This document shows, piece after piece, positions 47,730 to 52,108 of a stretch of 52,108 bases of DNA (its first letter is position 1; each line of letters begins with the position of its first letter). The translations under genes and the position numbers were made by a program. The notes under the pieces are model-generated. The model was given only the letters and a program-made list of their open reading frames with translations. It did not search any database and was not told the DNA's origin. The DNA lies in the IMG/VR virus record IMGVR_UViG_3300034069_000182, positions 1 to 52,108 of that record; one strand, 5' to 3'. The DNA is from a virus.

Positions 47730-48566
47730 TCAGGCCATAGAGTATTCACAGCTCAACGCCACGTCGCACCTCGCGCAAGCGTCACCGGGGTTCGGCTCGA
47801 ACTCCCCCGCCTCCAGCTTCGCCTCCATCGCCAGGAACCGTTCGGTGATCTTCTCCTCGGTCCAGTCGGTGAGGTCGTACGGATACGTCGGCTTGCCGGT
47901 CTTCGCCATGAAGTAGATCCCGCGCTGGACGTCGAGGCCGTAGAGCTTCTTCAGCGCCAGCGCGTACACCGCCAGCTGGAAGTCATCCCCCGGCTTAAGG
48001 CCAGTCTTGTGGTCTACAACCATCGGCTCGCCGTCGAGGATCAGTACCGCGTCGATGAAGCCTCTGATCTGGATATCCCCGAGCATGAAGTCAAGATCCA
48101 GCTCGATCCCAGGCTTGCCGTCCGGGGTGCTCCATACCTCCAGCGAGGGATGGTTCTCGATCCAGTCGATGACCTTGTCCACCTGCTCCAGCCCGATCTT
48201 CCAGCGTCGCTCCACGTCGTCAGGACCGCGGTACGGCCCGGACGAGAACCACCAGTCGAGGTTCGGCGTGACGTCCGTGGACTCGCTGATACCTTCCTGG
48301 TACGAGTCCTTGAACACCTCGTACGCCTCTTCGCGGGTCATCGGGCCACCCGGCTCGAAACCCAGCCGGCGAAGCATGTAGTGCTCGGCCACCGCGTGGA
48401 CCGCGGTCCCCTGCTGGAGCCACGCCGCTGGCCGGCGCCAGACCTTGTCAATCCGGGACAGCTTGTACGCCATCGGGCACTTCTCGAACGACGACAGCTG
48501 CGAGACCGATCGAGGTTTCTTCTCGTACTGGTAGTTACGAGTCAAGTTGTCAGCCACGAGAAACAC
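47730..48566 (-). CDS. Cas4-family / RecB-like PD-(D/E)XK exonuclease
   Basis: ORF track, 278 aa. N-terminal Cys (FEKCP), a GFIDAV..DHKTG nuclease core, and a C-terminal C..C..C cluster. The start is uncertain: 48566, 48557 or 48545. Confidence 0.75.
   Translation of the reverse strand: MFLVADNLTRNYQYEKKPRSVSQLSSFEKCPMAYKLSRIDKVWRRPAAWLQQGTAVHAVAEHYMLRRLGFEPGGPMTREEAYEVFKDSYQEGISESTDVTPNLDWWFSSGPYRGPDDVERRWKIGLEQVDKVIDWIENHPSLEVWSTPDGKPGIELDLDFMLGDIQIRGFIDAVLILDGEPMVVDHKTGLKPGDDFQLAVYALALKKLYGLDVQRGIYFMAKTGKPTYPYDLTDWTEEKITERFLAMEAKLEAGEFEPNPGDACARCDVALSCEYSMA
48534..48546 (-). promoter_or_regulatory. Stoperator 13-mer (variant)
   Basis: GTTACGAGTCAAG. It is the first site downstream of the immunity cassette. 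Confidence 0.75.
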
Positions 48567-48687
48567 CGTCGCAGATGCAGGCGTTGAAAATGCCTACGCT
48601 CGGGATCTCGAATACGTGGCAGACGCCATCGTCGGTGTGCTCGTTGGCCGGGTGGTCGCAGACCATGCAGTAGTACTCGTCGTTCAT
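48550..48687 (-). CDS. Cys-rich small protein, 45 aa
   Basis: ORF 48550..48837 trimmed to the ATG at 48687. Reads MNDEYYCMVCDHPANEHTDDGVCHVFEIPSVGIFNACICDG.. Confidence 0.5.
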   Translation of the reverse strand: MNDEYYCMVCDHPANEHTDDGVCHVFEIPSVGIFNACICDGVSRG

Positions 48688-48995
48688 CACGTCTCCAGGT
48701 CTAGGTTCGGGCAGTAGTACTCGTGGACCAGGTCCACCAGTCGGACCGCCTGGTCTCGCGAAACCTTCGGACTCCCGCCCTGCTGCATCATCCCGGCAAG
48801 GGCATTCCGTCCGAATCCGAACTGGATCGCCTCGCACGTAGCCTCCCCGAGCTTCGGGGAGTTCTCGTCGATCAGGTCGACGCCTAAAGCTTCCTCAGCC
48901 GCCGCGGTGAAAGCGTCGTCCAGCGTGTCTGCGTGCACAGGCGCGGCCAGGAACAGCCCAGCCGCAGCCAGCGGTACCAGCAGAAGATTCCTCAT
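48687..48995 (-). CDS. Secreted protein, 102 aa (DUF732-like by recollection)
   Basis: ORF 48687..49196 trimmed to the ATG at 48995 (ATGA overlap). Signal peptide MRNLLLVPLAAAGLFLAAPVHA. The C-terminal ..VHEYYCP resembles mycobacterial DUF732 proteins. Confidence 0.6.
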   Translation of the reverse strand: MRNLLLVPLAAAGLFLAAPVHADTLDDAFTAAAEEALGVDLIDENSPKLGEATCEAIQFGFGRNALAGMMQQGGSPKVSRDQAVRLVDLVHEYYCPNLDLET

Positions 48996-49387
48996 GAAGC
49001 CTCCTCCTTCGGTTTGCGGGAGACGTTGCAGCGCCTGGCCTTCTTCGCCAGGCCCAGCTCCACGAGCAGCGGGCACAGGTTGAAGTCCGCGGGCTGATAT
49101 TCGCGGCGGAGAATATAGCTCAGGAATTCCCCGATTTCGCCCATGATGTATTTGTCGCCGTGACGCTCTTCGCGCTCGACCGCATCCGGCTCGCAATACC
49201 TGTCGATGAATTCTTTCACTTCCCGGTAAATGTAGCTGTCGTCGGTTAGCCAGGTAGAACGGTAAACGTGGAGGCCTCGAATTCCGGGGACCAGATCGAG
49301 TGTATTAGCGCGGATATACGCGTCTTTAACCACGTTCAGAGTAGGGACGATTGTCTTACCGATAACTCGGGAAGTGATCTCGAACAT
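48992..49387 (-). CDS. Hypothetical protein, 131 aa, immediately downstream of the repressor
   Basis: ORF 48992..49396 (TTG), or the ATG at 49387. Lies in a locally lower G+C segment. Confidence 0.6.
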   Translation of the reverse strand: MFEITSRVIGKTIVPTLNVVKDAYIRANTLDLVPGIRGLHVYRSTWLTDDSYIYREVKEFIDRYCEPDAVEREERHGDKYIMGEIGEFLSYILRREYQPADFNLCPLLVELGLAKKARRCNVSRKPKEEAS

Positions 49388-49428
49388 GCGGTGCAAACCA
49401 TTCTTCTAAGAAAAGGGGCGGGTGGTTA

Positions 49429-49899
49429 TCAGGGCTCCACGCTCGGGAAACGCCAGATCTCGTGACGTCCGATCTCGGACAGAGTTGTGTATTCGTTGAC
49501 TCTGATGAGTAGGTCTTCGTCGGATTCCTGACGCTCCCTGTATGCCCAACCCCCGCGTTTGCTGACGCCGGGTATAGGCGGGATGTTCGGATCAAACTCG
49601 ACAACCCAATTGTTCTCACGAAGCATCCGGTAAAACGACCGGAGACGCTTCAGCTTGTATTCTTTCATGCCTTTGCCGCGTGTGGCGATGTATTCGCCAT
49701 GATCCCTCAGGCGTTTATGCGGCGCGCACTGAGAAAGGGGCTCGGGTACCTTGAACGGGTATTCGCGGCGGATAACCTGCCGGGCGGTCAATTTGCCTCC
49801 GTACGCGTGAACGTGCCATGAAACAGCCTGCGGTGTCACACCGTACATCCGAGCGATATCCGCCTCAGTCTCTCCAGTAGCTTTCAGGGCCTCAATCAC
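49429..49899 (-). CDS. Immunity repressor (L5 gp71 / Bxb1 gp69 family)
   Basis: ORF track, 156 aa from the GTG at 49899. The HTH is TEADIARMYGVTPQAVSWH. RLRDHGEY and DLLIRVNE match the L5 repressor as I recall it. The frame stays open upstream to 49939. Confidence 0.8.
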   Translation of the reverse strand: MIEALKATGETEADIARMYGVTPQAVSWHVHAYGGKLTARQVIRREYPFKVPEPLSQCAPHKRLRDHGEYIATRGKGMKEYKLKRLRSFYRMLRENNWVVEFDPNIPPIPGVSKRGGWAYRERQESDEDLLIRVNEYTTLSEIGRHEIWRFPSVEP

Positions 49900-49942
49900 T
49901 TCTAGCGAGAGGCGGGGGGAGCTGTTCTCTGGTGGTTCTCAT
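49892..49942 (-). CDS. 16-codon upstream ORF with a strong SD, overlapping the repressor start
   Basis: AAGGAGG, then 5 nt, then the ATG at 49942. Reads MRTTREQLPPPLARSD. It is in a different frame from the repressor and contains a C6 run. Confidence 0.35.
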   Translation of the reverse strand: MRTTREQLPPPLARSD

Positions 49943-50216
49943 CGGTCCTCCTTGTATTACAGACCAACGTATCTTGCATCTTGTTACAACGCAAGGCACA
50001 ACCCCCTCGATACTTGACAATGCGACGTAGTTTTCTGGTGTCCCAGATCTGGGACTCTTCCCCCGTGGGAGAAAGTAGACCACTTGATCTAGTTCCACGC
50101 AAGTGTCAAACGTCACTAAGTTCGTAGCTGAACCGGCATCGCCACAACCGATACCGGTGTTACAGCTACCAGACCACGACTCGATCCGCAGCGAAGCTGG
50201 CGCGTCTACCTGGTCT

Positions 50217-50516
50217 TCAACACCAGATCCTTTTCCGGCAGTAGCGACTCTTCTTGTCTTTCCCGCGGTCTTTGCCCTGGCCGGCTGAGTCATGTTTGCT
50301 CTCGGATTTCTTCTCCGGATCGCACGTCGGCAGGTCACCGCGGGCCACGTGCCAGTCTGAATCGGCCCTGAGACCGCCGTGCTCCAGCTGGTGAGACACC
50401 GACCGGTGCTCGCACCCGGAGAACCCGTCAGCACGCGCTGACGGGGCTACCAGGACCGCCGCGAGCATCACAGCGCCGACGATGAACCAGACGACGAAGG
50501 CCAGGCGCTTAGTCAT
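50217..50516 (-). CDS. Secreted/exported protein, 99 aa
   Basis: ORF track. Signal peptide MTKRLAFVVWFIVGAVMLAAVLVAPSARA. ATGA overlap. Confidence 0.6.
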   Translation of the reverse strand: MTKRLAFVVWFIVGAVMLAAVLVAPSARADGFSGCEHRSVSHQLEHGGLRADSDWHVARGDLPTCDPEKKSESKHDSAGQGKDRGKDKKSRYCRKRIWC

Positions 50517-50776
50517 GACCGAAATTCCTGCGCAAGGTAGTGACGACTCCTGCGCACGTCGGCCTGCTTCGCGTTCTTCGTGTCCACACTGCTGTGCAGC
50601 ACAAAATCCGCACCGGTGTCGCCACGCTGGTAGATGTGCACCACTCCGTCAACAACGATGACCAGAAGTCTGCCGCCGTCGGCGAACACCTCTCCAACCT
50701 GTTTCCCGTCCGGCACTGGCACACCGGGTTTCAGGCCGGAGGTCATGAACGTTACGTTGTCGTACGTCATGCTCAT
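50513..50776 (-). CDS. Hypothetical protein, 87 aa
   Basis: ORF 50513..50836 trimmed to the ATG at 50776 (ATGA overlap). Confidence 0.55.
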   Translation of the reverse strand: MSMTYDNVTFMTSGLKPGVPVPDGKQVGEVFADGGRLLVIVVDGVVHIYQRGDTGADFVLHSSVDTKNAKQADVRRSRHYLAQEFRS

Positions 50777-51033
50777 ACCTGCCTCACTCTCTTCAGCCCG
50801 ACGGTTCCCGACAGGTTCTCGCGGACGAACGCCCACGACTCAGTCCGTACCCACGACGCGGTGAACAACCCTTCAGCGTGCTCGGCGGCGTGGTGCTTGC
50901 AGAACAGCAGCTCGAACTGACCGTTCTCCCAGCGCTCCATAGCCGCGGCAGAGCACGCGTCGCAACGATCGGTGAGCCGCAGCTCCCCGGGAGGCGTTGC
51001 GCCATCCTCCCGGGGAGGCGAAACCTGGGTCAC
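50773..51033 (-). CDS. Hypothetical Cys/His-containing protein, 86 aa
   Basis: ORF track. Contains CDAC..FCKHH. Confidence 0.6.
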   Translation of the reverse strand: MTQVSPPREDGATPPGELRLTDRCDACSAAAMERWENGQFELLFCKHHAAEHAEGLFTASWVRTESWAFVRENLSGTVGLKRVRQV

Positions 51034-51233
51034 GCGTCCACGTCCTCTCGCTCTACGAACTCGACGTACACCTTCGCTGTCTCAAGATCGGTGTTCAGGA
51101 TCTTGAACCAGAACGGGTTGTCGCCCCGCTCGAACTGGTACAAGTCGTACGACCCGTTGGTCTTCGCGACCAGCTGCCAGTTGTCCGAGTGGTGCATCGC
51201 CCCGTACTCGGTCTCGAACCACTCCCCGCTCAC
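51030..51233 (-). CDS. Hypothetical protein, 67 aa
   Basis: ORF track. ATGA overlaps at both ends. Confidence 0.6.
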   Translation of the reverse strand: MSGEWFETEYGAMHHSDNWQLVAKTNGSYDLYQFERGDNPFWFKILNTDLETAKVYVEFVEREDVDA

Positions 51234-51391
51234 GCTTCCTCCCCTGTAGCCACGGCATCGAGAACGTCTTCATAGGTGTCCCACCATTGCGGGCACTCGT
51301 TGCAGAACCACTCTCCGGGCCGGGAGTCGCTACTAGCGCCCGGGCCGCTTTCTGGCCGCTTGATCACGAAATGGTGCGCGCATGCATTCAC
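51230..51391 (-). CDS. Hypothetical protein, 53 aa
   Basis: ORF 51230..51439 trimmed to the GTG at 51391 (GTGA overlap). Confidence 0.45.
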   Translation of the reverse strand: MNACAHHFVIKRPESGPGASSDSRPGEWFCNECPQWWDTYEDVLDAVATGEEA

Positions 51392-51711
51392 CGGCCTTCC
51401 CCCTCGGTATCCAGTGCAGCGATGGTCTTGCATGGCCACCGAACGTCACTCGGGCGGCAGTGGACGCAGTAGTACTGGCCGGTTGCGGTCCAGATGCCGC
51501 GACGGTGCAGTTCTCGGATTCGTGTTTCCTGCGCCCGGAGGCGAGACACCTCAGCGAAGGTTGGTTTGAGCGCGGCTAGAACAGCGTCAGCCGTGCCGCG
51601 ATCCCAGCCAGTCGGGTCATGGATCTGCCCGTCGATCCCCCACCGTTCGTTGCAGATGACTTGTGCGAGTAGGTCGCGGGCTTGCTGCTCAGCGGACGGG
51701 AAATCACTCAT
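51388..51711 (-). CDS. Hypothetical protein, 107 aa
   Basis: ORF 51388..51747 trimmed to the ATG at 51711 (MSDFPSAEQQARDLL..). Confidence 0.6.
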   Translation of the reverse strand: MSDFPSAEQQARDLLAQVICNERWGIDGQIHDPTGWDRGTADAVLAALKPTFAEVSRLRAQETRIRELHRRGIWTATGQYYCVHCRPSDVRWPCKTIAALDTEGEGR

Positions 51712-51826
51712 CGGAGACTCCGTTCTCGGCGCGATCCATCGCCGCATCCATCAGCACTTGCAGCGCGAGCGAGACCCAACTGCCGGATAGGTGCTGCTCG
51801 AACTCCGCGAATCGTGGATTGGTCAT
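51704..51826 (-). CDS. Hypothetical protein, 40 aa (below ORF-track cutoff)
   Basis: ATGA overlap with the HIT gene stop. Reads MTNPRFAEFEQHLSGSWVSLALQVLMDAAMDRAENGVSDE. Confidence 0.4.
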   Translation of the reverse strand: MTNPRFAEFEQHLSGSWVSLALQVLMDAAMDRAENGVSDE

Positions 51827-52108
51827 TTCAGCCCGTTCTCCTGCTTGTAGTCGGCAATTTCGCGGTCGATGATGATGGTCCGGAGACGCTCAACTTCGGC
51901 GACCAATTCTCGGACTAGTCCGACCTGGAAAAAGTCCATCATCGTGTCCGTGCAGCGCGTGTCGTCCAGTGCTGCTTTCGCGCGCTCTGCAACGTCGCTC
52001 ACTTGTCTTCCCCCGGCTTTCTTCTGGCCCGTCCACGGCAACGTCAGCCCGTCACCAGGACGACGGGGCACGACATGCACATGGGTGTGGAACACGGTCT
52101 GCGTGGCG
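51823..52108 (-). CDS. HIT-family protein, C-terminal part (same gene as 1..416; 51968-52108 duplicates 1-141)
   Basis: ORF track fragment ..FHTHVHVVPRRPGDGLTLPW.. followed by a ~65-aa helical extension. The total gene is 561 nt (186 aa) on the unwrapped genome. Confidence 0.75.
   Translation of the reverse strand, partial: ATQTVFHTHVHVVPRRPGDGLTLPWTGQKKAGGRQVSDVAERAKAALDDTRCTDTMMDFFQVGLVRELVAEVERLRTIIIDREIADYKQENGLK
51968..52108. repeat. Terminal overlap, identical to 1-141
   Basis: Direct comparison. Confidence 0.95.

Noticed and set aside
47625-48587. 320-aa + strand ORF opposite the Cas4-family nuclease
   Set aside because: Antisense shadow ORF. The minus-strand product has clear nuclease and Cys-cluster motifs.
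49892-50434. 180-aa minus-strand ORF covering the region upstream of the repressor
   Set aside because: The translation is low-complexity (Arg/Thr/Gly/Ser) and overlaps 50217..50516 in another frame. Only its last 16 codons, which have a strong SD, are considered, as a possible leader ORF.
1-52108. Insertion sequences, MPME-type mobile elements, inteins or introns
   Set aside because: No transposase-like ORF, no terminal inverted repeats bounding an insert, and no interrupted conserved genes were seen, other than the primase frame split.

Overview
The window is one complete temperate actinobacteriophage genome, written as a wrapped (circularly permuted) record. Nt 1-141 are repeated exactly at 51968-52108, so the unique length is 51,967 nt. 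From memory, with no search run, it looks like a Cluster A / Bxb1-like mycobacteriophage. Four things support this. (1) A 48-bp sequence at 34749-34796 matches the Bxb1 attP core as I recall it, and it abuts a ~500-aa large serine integrase. (2) CGGATGGTAA at 4591-4600 matches the cohesive-end overhang I recall for this group, so the physical genome ends lie inside the window. (3) There is an L5 gp71-like immunity repressor at 49429-49899 (-). (4) A 13-nt asymmetric motif, GTTACGWDTCAAG, is scattered through the genome.

Layout: the left arm (5197-34243, + strand) carries an HNH endonuclease, small terminase, minor tail genes, lysin A, lysin B, large terminase, portal, MuF-like protein, scaffold, capsid, connectors, major tail, frameshifted chaperones, tape measure and minor tail proteins. 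It is followed by a self-contained secreted-protein cassette, attP and int. The right arm (36387-52108, wrapping to 1-2695, - strand) carries DNA polymerase I, a metallophosphoesterase (Bxb1 gp47-type RDF candidate), a primase split over two frames, endonuclease VII, NrdH, a DnaB-like helicase, a Cas4-family nuclease, the immunity cassette, a HIT-family protein that spans the wrap point, and many small overlapping genes. Several of these are below the 60-aa ORF-track cutoff. Two small rightward cassettes (2716-4081) and about 1.1 kb of repeat-rich and hairpin-rich non-coding DNA flank cos.

The strongest non-genic signal is the stoperator-type network: 31 oriented copies of the 13-mer, 12 of them exact, and all co-oriented with local transcription. 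This is a known system in L5 and Bxb1, not a new one.

Other items worth a second look:
- a frame break in a C6 run at the repressor N-terminus
- a ~400-nt ORF-free structured region with a tRNA-like fold (6490-6894)
- competing hairpins forming an attenuator-like element near the left end
- two possible ATT starts
- the split primase

All functional calls come from motifs read by eye and from recalled family knowledge. No database search was possible.
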